Program-made: the position numbers and the translations under genes
Part shown: piece after piece, positions 1-13,900 of the stretch
How positions within the stretch are numbered: the stretch's first letter is position 1
Layout: each line of letters opens with the position of its first letter
The notes under the pieces: model-generated
What the model was told of the DNA's origin: nothing
The model's database searches: none
What the model saw: only the letters and a program-made list of their open reading frames with translations
Assembly (NCBI GenBank): GCA_050273025.1
Contig: CP158636.1
Location: forward strand, 5,828,001-5,892,000
Source: Cenococcum geophilum
Taxonomy: Eukaryota
DNA: 64,000 nt
Direction: 5' to 3'

Positions 1-1258
1 AGGCATGTAGTCGAGCGTCTGTAGCAGTTCCACCTCATCGTCCCTTTCCAAATCAGTGCCGAGTTTCTTTTGAAGGAGAGCTAGAGCATGGCCTTGGTCC
101 ATTGGGTTGACCTTTATAATGTCTGAGGTGCTTTCCGTCAATTTGTAAGCTAGCTCTCGGTTCCGAGAGGTGATGAGGATAGATCCACTTGGCGATTGAG
201 GAAGGAAGTCCGACAAAGAGTTTGCTTGTGGGGCTGAACTGCTACTCCCGTCCTTACTTGCACTTCCATCTCCTTGATGGGAAAAGACGCTAGGATCGTC
301 GGCATTGTCAACTATCATGACCCAGTGGCCATTCGCCTCGTCGCAAAGCCAGTTGCTAACGAGACGGAGTATATCGGCCTCCGGCTTATCCCAGCCAGGG
401 ATCTTTACTCGTTCGGCAACTTTCCTGTAGCCTTCTTCGAATCTGGCCGCGCTACTTGCGTGGACCCAAAAAACCCAGGTTTCCGGTGATCTCTCCCGTA
501 CTTGGTAGGAGTACTCAATAGCAAGTTGAGACTTCCTGCTTGCATCGTTAGTTTGGTCTATCTTCGAGTTCTTCTAGCTAGCAACGTACCCAACGCCTCC
601 AAGGCCTACTAGCGCCGTTCGGGATGCTGGCTGGGAACATCTCTGATGTAATTCGGAGAGGATATCGCGATCCACAAAGTCTCGATCACGCCGAAAAGGG
701 ACTGTTGAGGATGGAGTTGGTCGTGGTGACGGGTTTTCTAATTAAGGAGTATTAGCTCGACTACCTACATCCTATATCTATAGTATATCGTTACAAAGAC
801 GTACGTATTGGAGGTTGTAATGTCGATGAGGTAGCGGCATGGTAGTATGTCAATGTCTGGATATAACCCTGCAGGTCCGTCCGTATCTTCCTGACTTTTC
901 CATCCTGGCGAAGGCTCGAAACCGCCTTTCTACTTTTCTCTCTCCAAGAGTCACCTGATAGCGGCAATACTTTCCCAATCACAATATTAAGTAATCCTAT
1001 CTGTGTTCGGCACCCATCGATGGCGGGGAGGAGAGCCTCTTTAGTTTCGTCCCGTACAGAGCCAGTCTGAATGGCAGTTTTGGTCTGTTCAAGGGTGTCG
1101 AGTAGCACCGGCAATTCGGCTTTGATATGTTGAAAAGTTTTTGGTATCTCGCCTACACTGGATTGGAACTCGTTGAGACGAAGCAAGACTCTGGAGCCAA
1201 AGTCGACGAGCTGGACGATACTGGCCACAACGCCAACGACGGCGAGGGCTTCTGCCAT
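1..1258 (-). CDS. Fungal NLR-like protein, HeLo-like/SesA N-terminal domain + NB-ARC; runs off the window start. Exons 1258-805, 737-590, 535-<1
   Basis: N-terminus MAEALAVVGVVASIVQLVDFG is typical of STAND N-terminal helical domains. GT-AG introns at 804-738 and 589-536 with CTAAY branch sites. Splicing gives VPFRRDRDFVDR...LVGLGGVGKSQLAIEY (Walker A), WVFWVHAS, WVMIVDNADD (Walker B) and GSILITSR. Confidence 0.9.
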
Positions 1259-2984
1259 AGCGTTTTCGCCGTAGTAGATAAGAGTGCGAGAGATAAAGGT
1301 TTGTCTAAGCGAAAGGGTACCTCGTGGAGAAACACCAGGATTGTGAAGTTGTAATGGAAGCTAGGCAGACATAGCGGGGTGGGCAGTGCTGGCAGGGTGG
1401 GTAGTGCTGGCGGGGTTTGGCAGTGCAACATAGGTAGTGCAGTGTAGCAACGCAGGTTTGTCCAATCAGGCTAAAAGACGAAAGCTGTGACCTGGCCAAA
1501 CAACCACGTGCTTTAAAAAGCACTTTCGTAAATGTAGGCTATAGTAGAAAACAGCTTAAAAAAGCAGGGATGGAGGACTGCGTCGATACACCTCCACCAA
1601 GCGATCCTTTGAAGTCCGCATCGCCGGGTGAGCTCCTGACAGTGTCGCTATCTAGTTGTGCCGAACTCCATTGCATACATAATCAAAAAAGGGAACTAAC
1701 TACGTAACAAACCACGCGCTTCCAAAGACTACCTAGTCGGTGCTAGCCTGGATGAGAACCACGATGGGAAGGCAGTTAGGGACGGAGTGTTAGCAGCCGG
1801 CTGTGAGTTGCGGCCAAAACTTCCCAAAGTGTATTATGACTGAAGTCCTGTCAGCAACGCGTTATTTCTCACCAATATCCAATTGAATATATCCACGACA
1901 AAATTGCGAGCTATACACTCGGATGTTATTCGGTAACGAGGCGTGGGAGCTAAGGTGATGACAATGTTATAGTCCTCATTGGCTGGTTGGAAGTGAGATT
2001 GCCACCTTGCGTGTCATTCCGAATAGTTCCGCTACAGCTAACATAATAGGGCTCGCAGACGCTGACTGATCTGGTTCGAGACAATCTTGATGCCGAAGAC
2101 GGAAGCGATGACTTCTATGGCCAGACCTGGCTGAATATAAATGCGCTGATCAATCTTAACGCTTGCCGATGCGAACCGATTCACGATCGGATGATGAGCT
2201 AGCAATTACGCGTGGAGGATTTCCAAGCGGGTGGCGTGTGTGCACGTCATCCTTAGAGGCTCGCGTAGCGAATGTCCCACTATAAGCTCTAAACTCAATT
2301 TTAACGTTGTCTCTGCTTCTGGATAACAACCCCTTAGTACGGCGGCGAAGATCTCTATACTTGCTGAAGTTAGTAAATAACCGCCTACTAAGCACTAGCA
2401 AAGTTACCACCCTTAGTTTTAGCAAGCAATATGCAAGTAGGGGCATGCTAAACGACTACATTGGTGAAAAGACCTTATTTTTCTATTGGCTCACTAGAGA
2501 GTGTGCAACCCCCTCCTAAAAGGAATACTATTCTTCTCGCGTGGTGAAAACCAGAAGTCTAGAAAGCTATCTAAACAGTCACCCTGCGGCTCCTAGAACC
2601 TCAAACCTTGACAATGTTTTTCCAAAAAATAGGATAGGAATGCGCATATCAGCATATGTTGTTAGCCCCTGCACCACATACGAGCAAAAGAGCCGCAGTG
2701 CAGTCAAGCAATTGAGACCGGCTAACAGACTTCCCGGGAAATGGCTATATTTAGGGCCCACTATTGGAATCCACACTAAGCTGACGGTATACTAAAAGAC
2801 GCGCAGCAGGTTTGTGGGTCACCTCGACGTACGCCGCTTGACGACCGGTGAAGAGGTAGATCCATCCCGATTTATGCGAGCGGGTGAAAGTTGAAGATAT
2901 ATAAACGCTCAGGAAGTTCCTCTTGGAGAGGAGTATTCTAACACTATCCTGCATCTCCTCACAACATTTTACTAAACTTTCAGC

Positions 2985-5498
2985 ATGTATTCTGTCCTGT
3001 ATTTCCTAACCTTCGTTGGCACAGCTATAGCTGGTTGCCCGTACATGTCCGGTGAACTTCCGCAGGGCCATGAAAATTTCCGTCGAAGTGAACGTCCTGA
3101 CAAGCGCCAAACCCTGGGTTCGATCGCAGGAACCACCATGGCCACCCAAGACTTCCTCGCTCAGTTTGAACTCAACGACACTAGTGCCTACATAACTACC
3201 GACTCTGGTACTCCAATTGACGATGCCGTAAGCCTGAAGGCCGGGACCCGTGGACCCACTCTATTAGAGGATTTCATCTTTCGGCAGAAGCTTCAGCGTT
3301 TCGATCATGAACGCGTAAGTTATTTGCCTCCTTGAGCTCTTATAATTATCTTATAGATAAATCTATCCGCTTTCGGTTTTATTATTACTAACTATTCTGT
3401 GCTAGATTCCTGAACGTCCAGTCCATGCCAGAGGTGCTGGTTAGTCAATCGGAATCTACTTCATCACTACTATTGTTTAACAAAATCTAGGGGCTTACGG
3501 AGTCTTTACGAGTTATGGCAATTTCACAAACATCACAGCGGCTTCATTCCTCTCTCAGGCAGGCAAACAAACACCGATGTTCGTTCGGACGTCCACTGTT
3601 ATTGGCGAAAGGGGTAGCGTAGATTCCGCTAGAGACGTGCACGGACTAGCCACTCGGTTCTACACCGACGAGGGAAACTTTGGTAAGTAGTGCTCCCCAC
3701 GATACTATACAGAACAAACGACTGACTAGATGAGGAAGACATTGTTGGCATCAACACTCCAGTATTCTTCATTAACGATGCCATCCTCTTCCCCGATCTC
3801 ATTCATGCTCTCAAGTCAAGCCCAGACAGCCAAATCCCACAGGCTGCGACCGCGCATGACTCCGCCTACGACTTCTTCAGCCAAGAACCTAGCGTACTGA
3901 ACTTGTTGATGATGGTCATGGCTGGTTACGGGATTCCGCGATCTTATCGCCACATGGATGGGTGGGGAGTACACACTTACCGGCTTGTCACCAACGAGGG
4001 TAATACAAAGTTGGTCAGATGGAACTGGAAGTCGTTGCAAGGCAAAGCAAGTTTCCTGTGGGAAGAGGCTCAAATCGTGGGTGGCAAGAATTCCGATTTT
4101 CATCGCCAGGACATGTGGAACGCAATTGAGGCTGGCATGTACCCAGAGTGGGAGGTATGTTCTCTATGGCTCATATCCTTTTCATTTTGCATTGCTGACA
4201 ATCTTCAGCTCGGTGTCCAAATCATGAATGAAGAGGACCAGCTGGCCTTTGGCTTTGATCTTCTGGACCCAACCAAATTCGTCCCAGAGGAACTTGTGCC
4301 AATTACCCCACTCGGGAAGATGACTTTGAACATGAACCCAAAGAATTACTTCGCAGAGACAGAGCAGATTGGGGTAAGGAGGGGGAATCCAAGATAAACA
4401 CTATGATTTTCATACTAAGATGTCTGACAGTTCCAACCGGGGCATATCGTTCGTGGTATCGACTTCACAGATGACCCAGTTCTACAAGGCCGTCTCTACT
4501 CCTACTTGGATGCTCAACTAAATCGGTATGGAGGACCAAATTTTGAGCAGGCCCCAGTAAACCGACCAAGAGTTCCAATTCATAACAATAATCGTGACGG
4601 AAAGGCTCAGGCCTATATCCCGACCAACATTGCCGCCTACTCACCCAACACTCTCAACTTTGGCTCCCCAATGGAGGCAAATCAATCTGTTGGAAATGGT
4701 TTCTTCACTGCTCCGAACCGTTACGTAACAGGAAGCCTCACTCGTGAACTTTCTCCTACCTTCGCAGACCACTGGAGTCAGCCACGCATGGTTTGGAATT
4801 CTCTTTCGCTTGCAGAACAGCAAATCGCCGTCAACGCACTCCGGTTTGAAGCATCGAAGGTTGTTTCCGTGACAGTCAAGCAGAACTTCATCAACCAGCT
4901 TAATCGCATTGACCACAGCTTGGCAGCGCGCGTAGCCCAGGTCCTTGTTGATGTGACCGTGCCAACGCCACAGAATACATACTACAACAACAACAAGACG
5001 GCTTACATCTCTATCTTTAACAATTCGTTGCCAACCATCCAGGGTCTCAACTTCGGAATCCTAGCATCTGTCTACTCCAATCAATCTATGGCCCAAGCAG
5101 CGAGCCTTAGCAAGCAATTCGCAAGCCTTGGCCTCTTCGTCAGCGTCGTAGGTGAGGACGTTGCTCCAGGTGTTAACCTCACTTACTCTACTGCCGACGC
5201 TATCAACTTTGACGGCATCCTTATTACCTCCGGTTCGGAAGGCATCTTCATCAACGGAACGTCTCCCTTGTACCCTCTTAACCGTCCGCTTCAAATTCTG
5301 CAAAATGCATACTACTTTGGTAAACCAGTGGGTTCAATGGGTAGTGGCAGCAACGCATTGCAGTTCGCCAGAATCGGAGCGACGCCTGGAGTCTACATGA
5401 CCAACAATTCTGCTACTCTTTTGTCCAATTTCGAATCTGGCCTGAAACAGTTCAAATTCCTAGACCGATTCCCGCTGGACCCGACCATTAATAACTAA
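2985..5498 (+). CDS. Secreted large-subunit heme catalase (CatB/CAT-3-like) with C-terminal DJ-1-like domain. Exons 2985-3314, 3406-3439, 3491-3682, 3739-4154, 4209-4373, 4431-5498
   Basis: Signal peptide [16 protein letters not shown]. Motifs [26 protein letters not shown] (distal His 3424-3426), [10 protein letters not shown] and [10 protein letters not shown] (proximal Tyr 4503-4505). Five GT-AG introns keep the frame. Confidence 0.93.
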
Positions 5499-7406
5499 AA
5501 AGGGGCTCTAATTTGCCTACCCGGACGAAGCGTCTATTTCTGGTGAGAAGGGAACAAAAGTGGGTTGGAACGGCATTGTGGTTTACTAGTAAGGGCAAAC
5601 AAAATAGGAGGTAGGAATAGTGGTTGGAATGGTATATACAGATTGAATAGTAGAATACGTGTATTAGCTTACTTAGAGGTTGAAATTAATATTACAGAGT
5701 CTTGCATCTCAGTAATCCTAAAATATCTAACTAATATTAAAATTTAAAAAGGGGCGAGGGATAGGAAATGTCACCGGGCCCGCTCGCGAGCTAACTCCCG
5801 ACCAGGGTTGTAAATCAGTCAATCAATTCGATTCAATTGAGGCCTCGAATTAATTGAATTGAAAGCTTTGTAAGCAGAAGGCTCAGTTGATTGAATTAAT
5901 TGATTCAATATTAAAACGATTGCAACTAATTGCAACTACGTAGTAGTTAGTAATTATCACGAGTCTTGGCGTGGTGTTAATGCAGGAGGACCTATCTGGC
6001 GACACCTAGATCGTTTTCTACAGTCGTTTCTGTCGCTCCTGCCGTCGATATAGGCCTATTGCGGGTCTTGGCATGGTGAAGTTACCGTCCTGCCGTGTAC
6101 TTTCTGTTCCTTCCTTCTGCGGCCGCCTTAACTACCTATCTACTATCTTAATTACGCCTTCCTTGTCCCACGATCCTACCGCCATTAAAGCTCCGATTAT
6201 ATTAGATTATAGTCGTGCGCGATTGGGAGTGATCAGTGGTAGACGCGTCGGTATTGCCATCTAAGCTGTAATCGGAGGCGTGCTGGAGGTCGGTAGGGCC
6301 GGTAGGATTAGAAGGAGCTGTAGAGAGTGTTGAGGTATTTGTTTGGTCATCATCTGACGTGTTAGAAGCCATGGTGGTAATATAATTAATATTGTCAGTG
6401 GGCAAATCTAGTAGTAAAACTCTTCTTACCTACCAAGACTCTGGCGATAATGTAACAGTATAAGCATTGTTATTTATGTTTAGCATATTTCTATATAATA
6501 TCAAAAGTTTCAATATTTGTCAATCAATTCAGTTTAACTAGAACCCAGTGTGGCCAACAGGCAGCGTCGCTGGCAGCGTCGCTGGTAGCTCGCTGCTAAT
6601 GTAAGCAGTTAGTCAGCGTACATAGTTACAACAGTTAGTTAGCGTATATTTATGCAGCGCGCTAACAGCTCGCTGCTTAAGTGGTAAGGAAGGATCAATT
6701 TAGTAGTGTTTTAAAGCTTTTTATAGAAGTTAAGGATCTTCGGATCTCCGGTTAAAATTCGGGTAGGAAACCCTAGGATATCTATACTAAATTATATGGT
6801 TTTCTCCAAATTCCCCGTCGCGTTTATATACGCGTTTTGTCTACCAAATATTAACCCTTATTATAATAGGAAAATGTAACGAACTTTATATTTTACCTAC
6901 TAGTAATATAGTAGAGCTTCTTCCTCTACTCCTTCTTTATCTAATTCTCGGTTTACGCGTTTATTAAGCTCTTTAGTAGCTTATAGACCTTGCGGATCTA
7001 CTACTTCTACTCCCCTTACAATTAATAACACGTCTAAACCAAATAAGTAGAATAACTCTATATCGCGAGAACCTCTACTAGCTGGCTAAAACTACGGCTA
7101 TATATTCCTAATTAACTAAAAGAACCTTTTCCTAGGTAAGTACAATAGGATTACTAGTTATTATAGATACTGAGTAATTAATAAGCGGTCGCTTTTAAAG
7201 ACGGCCTTTATATCGCCTATATAAAAGTATAGAGTAGATCTATTTTAGGACGGACCAGAGGGAAGAAAAAAACTCTAGCTATGCAAGATCTGCCATCTAG
7301 CTTAAAAACCAGCTGTATTACTTATAATTAACGGTATAGATTATATTATTAGCCATTTAAAATTAAAGTATAGTATTATATTAAACCTAAAAAGCTATAG
7401 TGGTAC

Positions 7407-7631
7407 TGTTAGCGACTTAGTCAATTAAGACATAAGCACGGCATGGGGGTCGCGCAAGCCTATACGATTGGATTGTTTATAAACGAGAATCTAAAGCTAG
7501 AGAAAGGAAAGGAGAAGAAAAGCAGCGCCGGTCGAAGTAGGGTTCTTTTATATAGTCCTTTAGTCACGTGACCGTAAAGTTCTGCCAAGTTCTGCCACCA
7601 AGTTCTGCCGTTTTCTGCCAATGCCGTAATA
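7407..7631 (-). repeat. 3' LTR of element A
   Basis: TGTTAGCG...CCGTAATA; matches 25822-26238 once the solo LTR insertion is removed. Confidence 0.9.
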
Positions 7632-10600
7632 TTACCCCCCCCCCTCCACAAAAGCCTGCCCTTAGGCTTTATATATCCGTATTATACCCATAAGGCGTTT
7701 TTATCTTTATATTCTTCCGGTAGCCTATTATCTTCACTATACTAGCACTCTATCTACTCGTCTAGGTACTTTAGGGGTCCTAGTTTACTAGGGTAACGGC
7801 TATAGAATTCTTAAAGCTTATAGGGACTACTAATAAAGTTCTATATAGGGTACTAAGTAGGATCTAAGTCATAGCCTTTCCAACTAACGCGGTACTTTAA
7901 TGTTTTCCGTACTAGTTTACAGGCTAGTATTTCTTTAATTTCCCATTCGTTATTACTACTAACTTAAATTAGTAGGGGAGGTTCGTTCTTTTATCCAGGC
8001 AATAGGTTATTTATGGCCTTCCGTAGCTTATCCGGTAAAAAGATAGGGTAAACCTTAATTAAATCTAGGAGCTTTACTTTATACAAGTTACCTATTTTCT
8101 TAAAGACCGTATATAGCCCTACCATCTAATAGTCTAGCTTACGGCTAGGCCGTTCCGTCTTCTAGTTCTTTATTATAACCCAAACTATATTACCTACGGT
8201 AAAGTCAGGCTCTCGCCTATACTTATTTACCTACTATTATATAGATTTCTAGGCCTTTTCTAGGTTTGTACGGGCTACCGTCTAGGCTTCTTCTAAGCGC
8301 TTAGCGTACTACTAGGCTTCCTTATAAGACAGTTTCTCGCATACAGTCTATAGTCCTTCTAGCCTATCCCAGTCAAAGCTTATTTAGGGTAGATACCCCA
8401 TTTCTAGTTAGATAGGTGCAAATCCCGTAAAGTTATAGGGTAAGGTCGCCTAGGCGTAGTCTATTAGAAGTAGCAGTTCGCCCTAATTATCTTAGAAATA
8501 GTTAATAAAGGGCCGGAGTCTCTAGTCCAAGTATTAATTTACAATCTCCATCTAACCATTTATTTAGGGGTAGTACGCCATAAAAAGCTTTAGCTTAATG
8601 CCTAGAATCTAGGTAAACTTATTCCAAAAGGCTAATATAAACTACGGCCCGTAATCGGATATAATAGTGTTTAGTAGTCCATAAATTCGGTAGATGTAGT
8701 AGATATACAGTTAGGCCGCCTCTTTAGTATTAATATTCTTATAACAGGAAATTAAAAACGGGCGCTTGCTAAAGTAGTTAACTAGGATTATAACCATATT
8801 ATATCTATTACGGACTAGAGGTAGCTTATAAAAGTCTATAGAGATATATTACTAGGGGCGGTTAAGTATTAGGAGGGGTTTTAATAGTCCTAGGGTCTTA
8901 TCTCGTAGAATTATAGACCTATAGCAGTTATTGTAGTTCCGTATATAGCGGTCAATATCTATAATTATTCCGGGCTAGTAGTAGCGGTCGCTAATAATCC
9001 TACGGGTCTTATTTTTTCTAGGGTAGGCCATAGAGACCTAGGCATATACTTCGGCAATAAGCTAAGTCCGTAAGTTCTGTTCCTCTGCTACCACTAGCCG
9101 TTTATAGTACTTAAGCAGTCCACTTTCAAGGGACTATAGGCTAGAAACATTCTTTGCCTTTTTACGGTACTCCTATAGAGAAGGAGCCGTACGGTTTATC
9201 TATAGTAATTTATTAATTAAGTTAAGTCCTAAAGGGTTAATAGGATACATCTCGGCGCCTAAGAAGTCTATACTTAGTTCTGCCTATATCCGGGGGTTAA
9301 GGTACTCTAGTTATAGTAGCGTCTAGGTCTATAATAAGATCTTTATAGCTATATAGTTACCTAGGTCTTGTTCGCGCCTAGTAAGAGCATTTATATAGTT
9401 TGTAGCGCCTAGTCTATATATAATTAAGAAGTTAAACTAAGATAGGATATCCGCCTAGCGTACCTGCCGGGCTATAAGGGCCTTAGTTATTATAAAGTAT
9501 TCTAGGGCCTTATAATCTAATACTACCTTAATAGGTTTAGGGGTCCCTTTAGCTATATACGCCAGTGCTAAAAGCTAGAGATAATAGCCAGCATTTCTTT
9601 ATTATGGATATAGTAGTTTAGTTCAGCATCTATTATAGTCTTTAAATAGTATATAATAGGGTGCCATTCTCTGTCTAGTTACTTCTAGGAAAAAATACTA
9701 GCTATTACGCTGTCTAAGGCATTAGTTTTTAGCATTAAGGGCCGTTCTGGGTCAAAGTGGGTAAGTAGGGGGGCTAACACTAGCCGTTTTTTAAGCTTAT
9801 TAAAGGCCTGCATATACATAGCGTTAAAGTGAAAGGGCTAGTCTTTCCTAGTAAGGCGGTTAAGAGGCCGGGCGATCCTACTATAGTTCTTAATAAAGCG
9901 TTAGTAGAAGTTATAAAAACCTAAAAATAATTACACCCCCTTTACGGTCCGTGGGGGCGTCCACTAGTTAATTACGGCTATTTTCTCTAGGTTGGCCTTA
10001 ATTCCGTCTATACTAATAATAAAACCTAGGTACTTTATACGCTTAATACTAAATTCTAACTTCTTAATATCGGCCTAAAGGCCAGCTTCGCGGAGCCGTT
10101 ATAAAACTTTATAGACGTGCTCCTTATATTCCAGTTCGTTCTCCAAGTAGATTATAATATTATCTAAATAAGCCGTATAGAAGTCGTTAAGGTAGTTAAA
10201 GAGTATATTATTTATATACCGCTAAAACGTAGCTAGTCCATTAGTTAGTCTAAAAGGAAGTACCTTATATTTATACGTTTTATAACGGGTCTAAAATATA
10301 GTAAGATCCTTAAACCTAGGGTCTATCCTAATTTAGTAAAAGGCCTAGCGGATATTAAGCTTTATAAAAACCTTAGCTCTACTTATTTAGGTAAAAGTCT
10401 CATTAAGTAAGGGTAGTAGGTAGCGGTTCTTACGGGTTATATTATTTAGCTTATAGTAGTCAATACAGAAGCGCAGTCCTCTATTTAGCTTTTTAACAAA
10501 GAGAATAGGTAAGTTAAAAGGGGCTTAGCTAGGCTCAATAAAGCCCTTATTTAGATTATTAATAAGGTACTACTTTATAGCCTATAATTTGGCAATAGAC

Positions 10601-10932
10601 TATAGGTAGAGAGGGCTAGAGCTAAGGGTACTTCCCTTATCTTACTTAATCTTAATCTTATAGTTGTATAGTTAGTAGGGTAGAAGTATATTAGACACTA
10701 CCTTAAAGAATACGTCCTTAAATTTCCGGTATTAATTAGGCAGTTTTTATTCCACTAGTTCTTTATCTATAAGCCCACTTTCCTATCTACTAAGCTCACT
10801 TTCCTTTTCCTTAATTATTTGGTTAATTTCGTATAGGCTAGTTATAAAGGCAACGGTATTAGGCTAAACTAGGTTCCGATAGAATCCTATAGCACTAATA
10901 CAGCAGATATTAACTAGTAGGAGGTCCGTAGG

Positions 10933-13900
10933 TGTTACGGGACGGGGCAGTGGCTACAAGACGTATATATTCAAGGAGTCTACAAGACGTTACGCGATCG
11001 ATCGTAAGGGTCGAGGGCATAAGGAGGTGATATACCTACGCGTAGCTGACATAAGCTGTACGTAAGGTGTACGTGAGAGCACGGGGCTCTCCTATGGAGG
11101 CCCCTGCGGTAGGGTTCCGTAACACTACCCCCCCTCCTATAGAGGCGGAGCTCCGGCGACGCTGTGGTTACTATATATATATAGAAGGGACACTTAAGGT
11201 ATAGAAAAGAAGAAAGGGGGGTATTACTAAAGGCTTAAAATAACGTTATATAATAAGGCTTGGCATCTAAGAATCCAACCAATTAGACAACTTTAACTAC
11301 CGGTTAAAGTTCCTAGACATCTCAACGATATTCCGGTCACGTAATCGCACTTTACTGTAATCTAACGGCAATCTAACGGCAATTTGCCCCTATATGGTAA
11401 TATATAACGGTTTAACTCTATAAGGGCTCCTATAGAGGATTAGGTATAAAATCTCTGCTTAGGCCTAGTTTCTATAGGTTCGCGTAGTAAAAGTCGCTAA
11501 TTAGATCCTTTATATTTTTGAAGTCTTCCTATAATTGCCATTCTGGCTAATCTATATCGAATCCTATATATATAGCTCTGTAGTAGAGCCGTCGTCCTCT
11601 GCCTTTGCTAAAGTATTTAGAGTTAATAATTCGTTTAACGGTCCACTCCTTGTAGTTCTTATCTTCGTTCTCGTCTCGGATTAGTACTAGTAGGGGTTTA
11701 GGCTGTATCTGCCCTAATAAGGGGTTAGGCTAGTAAAGGTATAGTAGCTATAGGTAAAATATAGGCTATATCCCGCGGGTAGCTAAGGTAGACGGGAGCT
11801 CTAGCTTATATACGGCTCCCCTATTAATAACTTATTTAATTAGGTAGGGGCCAAGGTTCTTATAATTGAGTGACTTTATAGGCCTCTACGTAGAGATATT
11901 ACGTATATCTAGCTATACCCAGTCGCCAACACATATCTCTGGTAGTAGCGTTCTATAACAGTTAGCAAAGTAAGCCTACTTTACTTAAGCCTAGGCCATT
12001 TCTCCCTTGTAGTAGTCAAGTAGATTTTTCATACGGTCTGTATATTGGTCGGCAAGTAGCATCTTAAGGCGTTTTCTATATAGCAGTTTCTTATTAATAG
12101 GTTCTGGTGGTTCTATGCCAGATTAGGGGTAATATCCCTTATTTGCGAAGAACGGGGTAAGTCCTATAGTAGTTAAGACATAATTATTCGCTATAAATTT
12201 ACCTAGTAAGAGGTAATCCACCCAGTCATCTTAATTATAGGCGACTACCTATTATAGGTACGCTTTTATACTAGCATTAGCGTTTTCCAGTTACCTAGTA
12301 GTTTTATAATAGAAGGATATAGATATCTTAACAGAGATGCCAAGGCGTTAGCAGATTCGTCTCTATACATCAGAGCCAAACTATATACCTTAGTCGGATA
12401 TAATCAAGTTAGGTAACCTATATAATCGGTAGATTTCGCGAAAAAAGGCGTTAGTAACGTCATTAACGGCTACGCCTTTAGTTAGAACGTAATGGCGCTC
12501 TTTTATAAGTCGGCATATTATCATAAGGATATTCTTATAGGTACGGCCATGTCGCTTATAGGGTAGTAGGTTAACAACGAAATCTATGGCGATATCTGCC
12601 CATTATTATATAGGTACTGGTAAAGGGTACAGTAGTCCTTAGTACTTTATATTAAAGGCCTTAGCGCGCTTATAACTATAGCAGGCGCCTATAAAGCATT
12701 CAACTAAGTCTATTATTTTAGGCCAGAAGTAGTATCGGCTAAGAAGCTTATAGGTTCCTCCTTTACCTAAGTAGCCGCTTAATCGGAGGTCATAGGCCAT
12801 TTAAATTAGTTGCCGTTATAGATTTTCTAAGTTAGGGACAAATAGACGGCCTCTATAATAGAGCCTATTCTCTTTTATTTTTAAGGCTACTATATTAATC
12901 TAGCCTAAGCTTTAGAGTTTAGTCGGTAGCGTATAAGCGCTAGCGGTCTTTACGGCAATAAGTTAATACAGTAATAGGTTAACAGAGGTATTATATACCG
13001 TGGTAATAAGCTTATTAATTTTAGGAGGTAATTCTAGTTCTATAGTATAGAGCTAAAGTATAGTTAGCTCTATTGTAGGTAGTATACCTAGGGCCAAATT
13101 CCGTGCTTTTAGGATCGTTTATTATTAGAACTAGTTATAAGGGTTATTTTTAGACTAAGGAAGGTCTTATAAGCGGCGTGTTAGGCTATTAGGCTTAGTA
13201 CCTTATACTCCTAGCCTATATATAATTTTAAAGTTAAAACTAGAGAGAAACTCGTTCCAGTATACTTAGTATTAGTTTAGCTATTTTATAGTCATAAAGT
13301 ACTCAAGGTTATAATAATCCGTAAGGACTTCAGTTGGCTAGTTAGGTTCTGCTAAGGAGAGTTCTAGTTAGAATTCCTTAAACGCTTATACAATCGCAAG
13401 AAGTTCCTTATTATAGATCTTGTAGTTATATTCTTATAGTATAAGCTTAGATAAATAGAATGCAACTAGGTAGAGAAGACCGTTATTACCCATCTAAAAA
13501 AGGACGCCTGCGTTAACGTGGTCTAAGGAGTTAGTCTTAAGATAAAGTTATCATCCTGGTATAAAGTAAGCTAGGATAAGTGCTTTAGTAAAAGCATCTT
13601 TAAGGTCTTAGAACGCCTTCTCGCATTTAGGCGTTTAGATAAAACATAGATATATTTTTCTTCCTTTTACAAAAAGGCCCTTTATTCGTATCATTACTAT
13701 AAGTGGTGCTATAACACCCAAGAAGTTATATATAAATTTTTAATAGAAGTTGGCAAAACTAAGAAAAGCTTATATATCTTTAATGCAGTTAGGGGTTTGC
13801 CATTTAGTAATTATACGTACCTTCTTGGGGTCCATACGGACACCCTTAGTAGTAATAATTAGTCTAAGGTATTTTACTTCTATAACTAAGAATTCGCACT

